Positions 19,034 through 28,953 of a DNA stretch of 64,000 nt are shown here, in pieces. The DNA lies in assembly GCA_963726245.1 (NCBI GenBank), contig CAVSBT010000030.1, forward strand, positions 128,001 to 192,000. Direction: 5' to 3'. The notes below the pieces were generated by a model. The model made no database searches and had not been told where the DNA came from. It was given only the letters and a program-made list of their open reading frames with translations. The position numbers and the translations under genes are program-made. Source of the DNA: an uncultured Chloroflexia bacterium (GTDB lineage Bacteria; Chloroflexota; Dehalococcoidia; DSTF01; JALHUB01). The stretch's first letter is position 1; every line of letters starts with the position of its first letter.

Positions 19034-19918
19034 TCAAACTGACCCACTACCCAAAGGGGAAGAGCTACGTCCCCCCAGCGTCACGTTGTCAATGAGGCGT
19101 GTCTTGCCGATGCGCACCGCCAAAGAGACCAGCGCCGGCCGGTCCACCGTCTCCAGCTCCTCCAGCGTCTCGGCGTCGGCGACGCTGACGTAGTCCACGC
19201 GGGCCAGGGGCTCGGCGGCGAGCACATCGTTCATGCGACTGCGGATGAGGGAGGCATCGCGGACGCCGGAGCGCCACAGCTCCTGCGCCGCCTCCAGCGA
19301 CCGGTAGAGCACCAGGGCCGCCTTGCGCTCCTCGGGCGAGAGGTAGACGTTGCGGCTGCTCATCGCCAGGCCGTCGGGCTCGCGCACCGTAGGCAGCCCG
19401 ACCACCTCCACCGGCAGGTCGAGGTCGCGCGTCAGGCGGCGGATGACGGCCAACTGCTGCGCGTCCTTCTGCCCGAAGTAGGCCCGGTGCGGCTGGACGA
19501 TGTTGAACAGCTTCGCGACGACAGTGGCGACGCCCCGGAAGTGGCCGGGCCGGCTCGCCCCCTCCAGCACCTGCGCCAGCTTCCCCACCTCCACGTACGT
19601 GTCGAAGCCTTGCGGGTAGATCTCCTCCACCGGCGGCATGAAGACCAGGTCCGTGCCCGCCTCACGGAGGAGCGCCAGGTCGCGGTCCGGGTCGCGGGGG
19701 TAGCGGGCGAAGTCCTCGCTGGGGCCGAACTGGGTGGGATTGACGAAGATGCTGACGACCACCGTGTCGTCACCGGCGCGGGCGTGCCGCACCAGCGACA
19801 GGTGGCCCTCGTGCAGGGCGCCCATGGTCGGCACCAGGCCCACAGAGCCCGCCATCTCGTGGCGGGCCCGTCGCATGTCGGCTACGGTGGAGATGACGCG
19901 CACGCTCGCAACTGTCAC
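19034..19918 (-). CDS. panC: Pantoate--beta-alanine ligase
   Basis: VPTMGALHEGH, FVNPTQF, FGQKDAQQ, GLAMSSRN, TRLIDN. Confidence 0.98.
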   Translation of the reverse strand: MTVASVRVISTVADMRRARHEMAGSVGLVPTMGALHEGHLSLVRHARAGDDTVVVSIFVNPTQFGPSEDFARYPRDPDRDLALLREAGTDLVFMPPVEEIYPQGFDTYVEVGKLAQVLEGASRPGHFRGVATVVAKLFNIVQPHRAYFGQKDAQQLAVIRRLTRDLDLPVEVVGLPTVREPDGLAMSSRNVYLSPEERKAALVLYRSLEAAQELWRSGVRDASLIRSRMNDVLAAEPLARVDYVSVADAETLEELETVDRPALVSLAVRIGKTRLIDNVTLGGRSSSPLGSGSV

Positions 19919-19924
19919 AAAGGT

Positions 19925-19966
19925 CGAGACCCCCGCCTGACGGGGGGAAGACAGGCGGGGGTCTCG
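19925..19966. repeat. 15-bp inverted repeat between panB and panC
   Basis: CGAGACCCCCGCCTG-N12-CAGGCGGGGGTCTCG; no U-tract. Confidence 0.7.
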
Positions 19967-19969
19967 GTG

Positions 19970-20846
19970 TTAGGCGAGGCTGCGGGACTCGTCCCGCACC
20001 GCCTCGTCGGTCCCACGGACGAGCTCGGCCAGCGCCGACTCGTCCATGGCGAAGGACTCCTTCTCGGTCGGGAAGGCGCCCCCTCGAACGTCGTCCATGT
20101 ACTGCCGCACGGCCCGCGAGATCTCATCCGCCAGGTGGGCGTACTGACGGCAGTGCTTGGGCACGAAGTCGGGGTAGAGGCCCAGGAAGTCGTAGATCAC
20201 CTGCACCTGGCCGTCGCAGTCGGGCCCGGCGCCGATGCCGATCGTCGGCACCGACACCTTGGAGGTGATGATCCGGGCCAGGGGCGCCGGGATGGTCTCC
20301 AGGACGATAGCGTAGGCGCCGGCCTGCTCCAGCGCGCGGGCGTCGTGGAGGAGGCGCGACGGCGGCGGCGGGCGTCTTGCCCTGTACGCGAAAGCCGCTC
20401 AACTGGTTCACAGACTGCGGCGTCAGCCCGATGTGCCCCATGACGGGGATGCCAACCTCGACCAGCCGTCGCACGGTCTCCGCCATGTGGGCGCCGCCCT
20501 CCAGCTTCACCGACTGGGCGCCCGTCTCCTGCAGTGCGCGGCCGGCGTTGCGCAGGGCGTCCTCAACACCGGACTGGTAGCTCATGAAGGGCATGTCGAA
20601 GACGACGTGTGTGCGCTCGGTGCCGCGCACGACGGCGCGCGTGTGGTGGATCATGTCTTCCATCGTCACGGGCAAGGTGGAGTCGTAGCCCAGGACCACC
20701 ATGCCCAGGCTGTCGCCCACGAGGATGATGGGGACGCCGGCCTCGTCCAGGATGCGGGCCGTCGGATAGTCGTAGGCCGTGAGCATGGCGATCTTCTCGC
20801 CCCGGCGCTTCATGGCCTTCAGTTCGTCGATAGTCACGTGTGTCAT
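19970..20846 (-). CDS. panB: 3-methyl-2-oxobutanoate hydroxymethyltransferase (frameshift near 20355)
   Basis: [47 protein letters not shown]. Confidence 0.96.
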
Positions 20847-20861
20847 AGTCTTCCTCCCGCC

Positions 20862-21248
20862 CTAGACGGCGGCGGTCGATGGCTCCTCGATGATCGGGCT
20901 CACCCGCACGATGCGGTTCTCGCCGTCCACGTACACCAGCTTGGGGATGCAGGTCCGCGCCTCGGCCTCGGTCAGGGTGGCGTAGGCCAGGATGATGACG
21001 CGGTCTCCCCGGTTCACCAGGCGAGCGGCGGCGCCGTTGATCACAACCTCGCCGGTGCCACGGCCGCCCTTGATGACGTAGGTCTGGAGCCGATTGCCGT
21101 TGTTTACATCCAGGACGTGCACCATCTCATATTCAAGAAGGAAGGCAGCATCGATAAGGTCCTGGTCGAGGGTGATGCTGCCCTCGTACTCCAGGTTGGC
21201 ATCGGTCACCCGCGCCCGGTGAATCTTGCTCCTCAGCATACTCCTCAT
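20862..21248 (-). CDS. panD: Aspartate 1-decarboxylase
   Basis: SKIHRARVT, YEGSIT autocleavage site, NGNRLQTY, NGAAARL; start placed at 21248 after a GGAGG RBS. Confidence 0.96.
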   Translation of the reverse strand: MRSMLRSKIHRARVTDANLEYEGSITLDQDLIDAAFLLEYEMVHVLDVNNGNRLQTYVIKGGRGTGEVVINGAAARLVNRGDRVIILAYATLTEAEARTCIPKLVYVDGENRIVRVSPIIEEPSTAAV

Positions 21249-21333
21249 GGCTTCCGCACCTCCGATTCCCGCCCTACGGGGGCTCCTCTGGCCTGGTCTG
21301 GTAAGAGCTGTCCTTCCTCGGTGACCCCGTTGT

Positions 21334-21372
21334 AAACAAGAATGCCCTTCCGGTCCCAAACCGAAAGGGCAC
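21334..21372 (-). terminator. Intrinsic terminator (attenuator) in the panDBC leader
   Basis: Minus strand GTGCCCTTTCGG-loop-CCGGAAGGGCAT followed by TCTTGTTT. Confidence 0.75.
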
Positions 21373-21392
21373 AAGCAGTAGCAGCCTACGGT

Positions 21393-21424
21393 GCCGTCTC
21401 GGTCCTTGTGGGATCCAAGCGACG
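21393..21424 (-). ncRNA. pan RNA motif (cis-regulatory leader of pantothenate genes)
   Basis: Minus-strand bulged hairpin CGUCGCUUGGAUCC-loop-GGACCGAGACGGC between promoter and terminator upstream of panD; fits the pan motif described in Chloroflexi, Firmicutes and Proteobacteria (from memory, not searched). Confidence 0.72.
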
Positions 21425-21483
21425 TTTGGCGGGAAACCTTGCTTGGGCTCACCGTCCGCCGATGGCGGATCGATGGCAATTCC

Positions 21484-21511
21484 AATATACCAAGGTTATG
21501 GGCAGTGTCAA
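21484..21511 (-). promoter_or_regulatory. Sigma70-type promoter of the pan operon
   Basis: Minus strand TTGACA-16 nt-TATATT with an extended TG. Confidence 0.75.
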
Positions 21512-21578
21512 TAGGCCTAACGGAGTAGTCCGGTCGATAGAGAGCGTCGCTGACGCCCTGGAGGCCTGAAGGCCTCCG

Positions 21579-22566
21579 CTACGTCGCGGTCTCGGCGGCC
21601 GAGGGCACGCCGGCCAGGCCGCGGGCCTCTCGCACCGCCTTCAGCACGGCCCGCTCGACGGCTCGGGCCGCCAGGGCCTCCAACGCCGCGTAGCGCACGG
21701 GCTCCAGCGCCACATCTCCCGTCGCCATGGTAAAGACGACGTCGCCGTCGACCATGGTGTGGACGGGCCGTATCGCCCGCGCCAGGCCGTCGTGGGCGAC
21801 GGAGGCCAGTCGACACGCATACTCCTTCGTCAGCTGCGCGTTCGTGGCCACGACGACCAGGGTGGTGCTCTCGCCGGCCGCGCGGCGCCTGCCCGAGCCC
21901 CCGCAGCACGTCGACGGTACTTACGAAGCCGCCGCCCTCGGCGCGCGGCCCGGCGATCACCTGCCCGCTGGCCGGATCGACCACCTCGCCGAAGCAGTTG
22001 ACGGCCACCAGCGCGCCCACGACCAGGCCGCCCCGGCCGGAGGCCAGGGCCTCGCTGGCCGTGCCCACGCCTCCCTTCAGACAGCGCTCCATCCCCAGGG
22101 CCTTGCCCACCGTAGCCCCCGTGCCCGCGCCGACGCTCCCCTGCGCGACGGCGCCCGCCCTCGCCGCTCGACAGGCGCGATAGCCGGACTCGGCATCAGG
22201 GCGCACGTCGCCCCGGCCGAGACGGAGGTCGTAGAGGACAGCGCCCACCACGACGGGCACCGGCCCGGCGCCGTACACAAAGCCGACGCCCCGCTCCTCC
22301 AGGTAGCGCATGACGCCGCCGGCCGCGTCGAGGCCCCAGGCGCTGCCGCCCGTCAGGACGACGGCGTTGATCGCCTGGACCAGCGTGCCGGGCCGCAGGG
22401 CGTCGGTCTCGCGGGTGCCGGGGGCGCCGCCGCGCACGTCGACGCCGCCCATGGCCCCCTTCTCGCAGAGGACGACGGTGCAGCCGGTGGCGGCGCGCCG
22501 GTCCGTCCAGTGCCCGACGCGGATGCCGGGCACGTCGGTGATGGCGTCACGGACGGGTCCACTCAC
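21579..22566 (-). CDS. P1/S58 (DmpA-like) peptidase (frameshift near 21880)
   Basis: [57 protein letters not shown]. Confidence 0.92.
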
Positions 22567-23424
22567 GATGCGGCCTCCTCTTCGGCATGGCTTGCGCCGG
22601 ACTCCAGCGGCTGGCACCTCGGGCAGAAGTGGGTGCTGCGCCCCGCGACCTTCACGCGCGCGATCTCGCCGCCGCAGACGTAGCACGGTTTGCCGGTGCG
22701 CCGGAAGACCTGCACGTGGAACTGGTGCCGGCCCTCGCGCCCCGAGGCGTCCACGTAGTCGCGGAAGCTGGCGCCGCGGTCCTCCAGAGCCGCCGTCAGC
22801 ACGCGGCCGATAGCGTCGCACAGCCGCTCGACCTCCGCGTCCGACAGGCTGGAGGCGGGTCGCTGCGGGTGCAGGCCGGCGGCGAAGAGCGCCTCGTCGG
22901 CGTAGATGTTGCCGATGCCGGCCAGCGGCCCGCTGGTCGAGCAGCAGCGACTTGATGGGCGCCCGCCGCCGCGCCGTCAGCTCCCGCAGCAGCGATGGCG
23001 TCATCCCGCCGTCCAGGGGCTCCGGCCCCAGCCGGCTCAGCACCGGCGAGGTGTCCGGCACCAGCCAGAGTGTGCCGAACTTGCGCAGGTCGCTGAAGCG
23101 CAGCTCGCTGCCGTCGTCCAGCGAGAGGACAGCGCGCACGTAGCGGTCGGGCGGCGCGCCCGACGGCCGGTGGAGCAGCGCGCCCGTCATGCGCAGGTGT
23201 ACGACTAGATACAAGCCGTCGGAGAGATGAAAGACGAGGAACTTGCCCCGCCGCGACACGTCCTCGACGCGCCGGCCCGGCAGCAGGCGCGCGAAGTCGG
23301 CCGCCGTGGGCGCCTGCACCAGCCGGGGGGCATCGGGCGACACCCAGACGTGGGTGAAGGCGCGCCCCCGCAGCAGGGGCAGCAGGTCGCGCCGTATGGT
23401 CTCTACTTCGGGCAACTCAGGCAC
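22563..23424 (-). CDS. mutM: Formamidopyrimidine-DNA glycosylase (frameshift near 22930)
   Basis: MPELPEVE, RRGK, HLRMTG, LGPEPL, GIGNIYADE, zinc finger CYVC...FCPRCQ. Confidence 0.96.
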
Positions 23425-24094
23425 GGAGCCTCTCCTGCACCTTCTCGCTGGTCAGCTCTCGGAGCGCGTCGGCGGCGACCCAGCGGGCCGCCTTCGAGCC
23501 CGTCGCCTGGATCTCCTTCGCCGCCGCGATCGCCCTTATGTTAAGCGCGGCGTTCCGCTTCCCGATCGTCCTCAGCGCCCAGTTGACCGCCTTCCGCACG
23601 AAGTTCCTGCCGTCGACGGACTCCCGCTTGATGACGGGCAGGAACGCCAGGAACGCCTCGTCCGGCGCGCGCTTGTCGTGCCAGGCCAGCGCGGCCATGA
23701 GCGCGAAGCCCGCCCGCTTCACGAACTCCTCGTCCCTGGCGGCCCACTCGATGGCCTTGCGATAGGCCAGCTCCGTCTTGTCGAAGAGGTTAGCGCAGCA
23801 CTGGTCGCAGACGTCCCAGGAGTCGAAGTCCGCCGCCCACGCGTCCATCTGCGCCTCGGTGACCAGGCGCGGGTCATCGATCAGGGCGGCCAGGATGCGC
23901 GCCTCGTGCACGCCGGACGACCACAGCTCCCGGGCGAGCGCGTGGTCGCGGCCGATCTCCCTCGCCATCTTGCGGAGCACGGGGATGGATATCCCCAGGG
24001 TGTTCTGCGGGTTGATGCCGAACCGCGCCATGCCCGCCACGTTCTCCGCGTTGGCCAGCGACTTCAGGCGTTCGAGGATGTCTTCACATTCCAT
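23417..24094 (-). CDS. DNA alkylation repair protein (AlkD-like HEAT-repeat)
   Basis: GMARFGI, FDSWDVCDQ, EFVKRAGF, NFVRKAVNWALRTIGKRN. Confidence 0.9.
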   Translation of the reverse strand: MECEDILERLKSLANAENVAGMARFGINPQNTLGISIPVLRKMAREIGRDHALARELWSSGVHEARILAALIDDPRLVTEAQMDAWAADFDSWDVCDQCCANLFDKTELAYRKAIEWAARDEEFVKRAGFALMAALAWHDKRAPDEAFLAFLPVIKRESVDGRNFVRKAVNWALRTIGKRNAALNIRAIAAAKEIQATGSKAARWVAADALRELTSEKVQERLRA

Positions 24095-24143
24095 GTGCTA
24101 CACGGTTATGGCGTAGGGGCTCGGTCCAGTTTCCGGTGGCCTA

Positions 24144-24677
24144 CTAGAGCTGCCAACCTTCGGCCTTTGCGGCCTCCTTAAGCGATTCGGCAAGCCTGGA
24201 GAATAGCCAGTCAAACGCCGCCTCAAGAACCTCCAAGCTGAGCACCAGATGTTCCTTCGCTATCTCCATGTCTGCGTAGTCCCTAACGTACCGACCAGCA
24301 TGCACTAGGTTGCGGATTTCCCTCACCACCTCTGCATAGTCACCGACCAACGCTCTATCCGAATCGAATTCGTCATGGGCCATCAAGCTGGCGGGGAGCC
24401 AGCCCAGGCTCTTTGCGGCGTCCAGCAGGTCAGCCAGATACCACTTTGTTGGCTCCTTCGGCAACTTTCGGTCAGCCTGCGTCTCTGCCCAGTCCAGAAC
24501 CTCCTCAGGGTAGCACTCCGCCATTGCAAGCAACCCGGCCTCAAGAGCCGCCCCCGCCATCACGCAGCCTGCAAGCCAGGCCTTGGCCCTCCGGCATCGC
24601 TTCGCCTCACTCCGGTAGAGATCTAGTATCTCATTCAACCTCTCAGACCGCGCCAACTCCTCGTTCTCGTCGTTCAT
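24144..24677 (-). CDS. Low-GC hypothetical protein with a HEPN-like motif
   Basis: Helical protein with GAALE..L and REIRNLVH (R-x4-6-H); about 55% GC over 24181-24300 versus about 68% in adjacent polA; likely start MNDENEE at 24677. Confidence 0.65.
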   Translation of the reverse strand: MNDENEELARSERLNEILDLYRSEAKRCRRAKAWLAGCVMAGAALEAGLLAMAECYPEEVLDWAETQADRKLPKEPTKWYLADLLDAAKSLGWLPASLMAHDEFDSDRALVGDYAEVVREIRNLVHAGRYVRDYADMEIAKEHLVLSLEVLEAAFDWLFSRLAESLKEAAKAEGWQL

Positions 24678-24752
24678 CCGTCCCCTGCCAGCCCTACTCC
24701 ACTTCTCCCCAGTGGGCCTCAGGACTACGTCCACATTCAGGGCACGTCCGTC

Positions 24753-24808
24753 GTAGCTGCAGGGCTTTAGCCCTGCCTCCAGGGGCAGACCTGAAGGTCT
24801 GCAGCTAC
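24753..24808. repeat. GTAG-type REP doublet (REPIN-like)
   Basis: GTAGCT-GCAGGGCTTTAGCCCTGC-spacer-GCAGACCTGAAGGTCTGC-AGCTAC: two palindromes in inverted orientation with terminal GTAG/CTAC. Confidence 0.8.
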
Positions 24809-24825
24809 CTTATGTCGCTCTCCCC

Positions 24826-27607
24826 CTACCCCATCTCCCCCCAGTTCCGCCCCACCTTCACGTCTACCTTCAAGGGCACGGCCAGCGTCAGCGAGGCGGG
24901 CATGACGCGCACTGCCATCTCTCGCAGCGCGTCCAGCTCCGACGCCGGCCCCTCGAAGATGAGCTCGTCGTGCACCTGGAGGAGCATCTTGGAGCGCAGG
25001 CCCCGCTCCCGCATCTCGGCGTCGATGCGGTTCATGGCGATCTTGATGATGTCGGAGGCGGTGCCCTGGACGGGCATGTTGACGGCCATGCGCTCGGCGG
25101 CGGAACGCGACTGGTAGTTCGCCGAGTTGATCTCGGGGATGTAGCGCCGCCGCCCGGCCAGCGTCTCGGCGTAGCCCAGACGCCGCGTGTCCGCGACCAC
25201 CTGCTCCTGCCACTGCCGGACGCGCTCGTACTTGCGGAAGTAGGTCTCGATGAACTGCGCCGCCTCCTCGCGCGAGATGCCCTCCCGCTGCGAGAGGCCG
25301 AAGTCGCTGAGGCCGTAGAGGACGCCGAAGTTGAAGACCTTCGCCCGACGCCGCATCTCCAGCGTCACCTTGTCGATCTCCACGCCGAAGACCTGCGCGG
25401 CCGTGCTGGCGTGGATGTCCTCGTCGCGGTGGAAGGCGTCCAGCAGGTTCGGGTCCTGGCAGAGGTGGGCGAGGATGCGCAGCTCGACCTGCGAGTAGTC
25501 GGCGGCCAGCAGCCAGGGGTCCGGCCCGATGTCGCGGGCGACGAAGGCGCTGCGCACCTGCCCGCCCAGCTCGGTGCGCACGGGGATGTTCTGGAGATTC
25601 GGGTCGTTCGACGAGAGGCGGCCGGTGGCGGCTATCGTCTGGTTGAAGGTGGTGTGCACGCGGCCCGTCTTCGGGTTGATGAGGGCCGGCAGGGTGTCGA
25701 CGTAGGTGGACTTCAGCTTCGTGATGTGCCGGTAGAGCATGATGAGGTCGATGACAGGGTGGACGCCGCGCAACGCCTCCAGGGCCTGGGCGTCGGTGGT
25801 GTGGCCGAACTTGGTGCGACGCGTCTTGGGCAGCTTGATCTCCTCGAAGAGGATGGCGGAGAGCTGCTGCGGCGAGCCGATGTTGAACTGGTGGCCCACC
25901 TCGGCGTAGATCTTCTCCTCGACCTCTCGAATCTGCCCCTCCAGTTGCCGCGACATCTCGCGCAGGATGCTCGTGTCCAGGGCGACGCCGGCCCGCTCCA
26001 TGCGGGCGAGCACCGGCACCAGCGGCATCTCGATCTCGGCGAAGAGGCTCCACAGCCCCTGCTCGCGCAGCTCCGCCTCGAGGACGGAGCACAGGCGCCC
26101 CGTCATGTCGGCGTCGGCGCAGGCGTAGTCGGTGGCGGCGGCGATGGGCGCCAGGTCCATGGAGAGCTGCTTCGGCCCCGCCGGCCCGATGAGGTCGGTG
26201 ATGGGGGTCATCTCGATCCCCAGGCGCTTCGAGGCCAGCCACTTGAGGCCGAGTGAGCCCGCGCCGGGGCGGTAGGCCTCGGTGCCGCCGCCCTCGCCCA
26301 GGACGTAGGCGGCGATCATCGTGTCGCAGGCCAGGTTCTCGATCCAGACGCCCTGGTTGGCCAGCACCAGCATGTCGAACTTGCCGTTGTGGGCCACCTT
26401 CGCGATGGCGGTGTCCTCCAGCACCGGCCCCAGGCGCGCCAGCACCGTCGACAGCGGCAGTTGCGCCTGCTCGCCCAGGCCGGGGCGGTGACCCACCGGC
26501 ACGTAGTACGCCTCGCCCGTCGCCGGCGACAGCGAGATGCCGACCAGGCCGGCGCGCATGGCGCTCAGCCCCGTCGTCTCCGTGTCGAAGGCGAAGGTGC
26601 CAGCGTCGGCCAGGCGGTGGGCCAGCTTCTCCAGATCCTCCTCGCTGTGGACGGCGCGGTAGTCCACCTTCGGCGCCTCCACCTCGACGGCGGCCGGGGC
26701 CGGCGGCTGTTCCCCAGCCAGCCAGGCCGGGAGGCGTCGCCACCAGGCTGCGGAACTCCAGCTCCTGGAAGAGGCGCAGCACCTTCTCGCGGTCCAGCGG
26801 CTTCAGCTCGCAGGCCGCCAGGTCCAGGTCGATAGGGACGTCGGTGTCGATGGTCGCCATGCTCTTGCTGTGGCGGGCCTGCGCTTCGTGCTGGCGCAGG
26901 TTCTCCCGCAGCTTCTCGGGCTGCACCTCGTCCAGGTGCTCGTAGAGGTTCTCCACGCTCCCGAACTGCTGCACGAGCTTGGCCGCCGTCTTCTCGCCGA
27001 TGCCGGGCACGCCGGGGATGTTGTCGGACGCGTCGCCCTTGAGCCCCTTGAGGTCCGGCATCTGGGCCGGCTCGATGCCGTAGCGCTCGCGGGCCAACTG
27101 CTCGTCGTAGATGACGGTGTCCCGCTGGTAGGGGCGGTACATGTAGACGTGGACGCCGGGCCGCACGAGCTGGACGATGTCGCTGTCCAGAGTCACAAGG
27201 TAGGTCTCGAGATCCTGCGCCGACGCCTGGCGGGCCAGGGTGCCGAGCACGTCGTCGGCCTCGAAGCCTGCGACGCGAACGATGGGGATCTTGAAGGCCT
27301 CGACGACTTCCTCGCAGCGGGCGACCTGCTGGTGCAGGTCCTCCGGCGCCGCCGCCCGGTGCGCCTTGTAGGTCTCGTCCTTCTCGTGTCGAAAGGTGGG
27401 GCCCGGCGGGTCGAGCGCGACGGCCACGTGGGTGGGCTTCAGCTCCTGCAGCACGCTCAGCAGCGTGTTGGCGAATCCGTAGACGGCGCCCACGGGCTCG
27501 CCCGTCCGGCGCACCGTCAGGGGCTGGTCGCGCAAGGCGTGGTAGGCACGGTGGATGATGCCGTGGCCGTCCAGGATCACCAGCCGGGGCTTCCGTTCAT
27601 CTCCCAT
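24826..27607 (-). CDS. polA: DNA polymerase I (frameshift near 26700-26740)
   Basis: 5'-3' exonuclease LDGH..FEADD..GDASDNIPGVPGIG; 3'-5' exonuclease FDTET, HNGKFD; polymerase TGRLSS, ADYSQVELR, QVHDEL. Confidence 0.97.
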
Positions 27608-28485
27608 TGCGCTGCGATTATAGCATCGCGCCTTGGGGCCTGCGCCTCCGGCCAGCCGGCCCGCGACGGCGGCCAAACCCGCGCCCAGCGGACGGAAGAT
27701 GGTACAATGTCTTCCAGCCGGGAGCAGTCCGGCCCTTTTCGCGATCCATCGATGATAATCCAGGCGCCGATTCTCCCCGAGACCTGCCGCGGCGGGCCGA
27801 GCCCGGCCGCGCCTATCGACGCGACTGCTGCGGGAGCGGCCCTTTGAAACGTTGGAAACCGTATCCCTGGGGCGGCCGGTCCAGGGCTCAATTCATCTAT
27901 TCCCTCTCTCTACCCTTCGTGTTGCTCGGTCTCACTCTGCTCCTCATCGCCCTCCTCTCCCAAATCAGTTCCGGCGGCAATGACAATGAGCCCACGCAGC
28001 AGGAGTTGGCGGCGACGGCCACCGCTTTGGCCAAGGAGCACTCAGGAGATGAGATGCTTCCATCGGAGCTGCCCGCCGGCGTTTTCGCGTACCCGCAGCC
28101 AGAGTCGCTGCCGGCGGCGGTCGTACTGAACGTCATCGACGGGGATACGATTGAGGTGCAGTTGGAGGGCAAACGCGAGACGGTGCGCTACTACGGCATC
28201 GATACGCCGGAGCGTGAGGAGCCCTGCTACGAGGAAGCCAAGCAGCGCAACGAAGAGCTGGCCGGTCGACACGTGCTCCTCGTGGCAGACGCCCGCGACC
28301 GCGACAGCGGCGGCCGCCTGCTGCGCTACGTCTTCACCCTGGCTGGGTATTCCGTGGATGCTTCCCTGGTGGCCGAGGGCTTCGCTCAGGCATGGACCTT
28401 CGACGGCACCTACCGCGATGCGTTGGTGGCGCTGGAGGAGGAGGCCCGTAGCGAGGGCCGGGGCTGCCTGTGGGCTGCACAATAG
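27607..28485 (+). CDS. Membrane-anchored thermonuclease (SNase) family protein; true start uncertain, possibly TTG 27844
   Basis: TM helix then VIDGDTI, VRYYGIDTPE, RDSGGRLLRYV, LVAEGFA, GRGCLW. Confidence 0.88.
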   Translation: MRCDYSIAPWGLRLRPAGPRRRPNPRPADGRWYNVFQPGAVRPFSRSIDDNPGADSPRDLPRRAEPGRAYRRDCCGSGPLKRWKPYPWGGRSRAQFIYSLSLPFVLLGLTLLLIALLSQISSGGNDNEPTQQELAATATALAKEHSGDEMLPSELPAGVFAYPQPESLPAAVVLNVIDGDTIEVQLEGKRETVRYYGIDTPEREEPCYEEAKQRNEELAGRHVLLVADARDRDSGGRLLRYVFTLAGYSVDASLVAEGFAQAWTFDGTYRDALVALEEEARSEGRGCLWAAQ

Positions 28486-28504
28486 CTGAGAGGAAGACGC
28501 GGCG

Positions 28505-28940
28505 TTGAGTGGCGCTGAGCACTACCGCAAGCTGGAGCGAATGTACGCTTCCGCTCCCATCAACCACTTCTTCCAGCCCACCATGCAGGTGTCCGAGGGC
28601 CGCGCTGTTGTCACCATGAAGGTGCGGAGGGATTTCTTCCACGCGGCGAACGCCGTTCATGGCGCCTTCTACTTCAAGGCCCTCGACGATGCGGCCTTCT
28701 TCGCGGTGAACTCCCTCGTGCCTGACGTATTCGTACTGACGGTCTCGTTGAACGCGTACCTGGTCAGGCCGCTGTCTGAAGGTGAAGTGAGAGCCGTGGG
28801 ACAGGTGGCCCATCGTTCCCGACGGCTATTTGTGGCGGAGTCTCAGCTCTTCGACGCAGCGGGCAATCGAGATCGCGCGGGGGAGCGGCGTGTTCGTGCC
28901 CAGCGACATCCCGCTCTCGCCGCAAATCGGCTACTTGTAG
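28505..28940 (+). CDS. PaaI-family thioesterase (frameshift near 28868)
   Basis: HAANAVHGAFYFKALDDAAFFA hot-dog fold; shifted frame ends EIARGSGVFVPSDIPLSPQIGYL*. Confidence 0.87.
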
Positions 28941-28953
28941 ATGTAGCCTATCT

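Noticed and set aside
21517-23424. Apparent MutM-peptidase S58 fusion (635 aa)
   Set aside because: The MutM zinc-finger end is in another frame (22563..22802); read-through follows a frameshift near 22930
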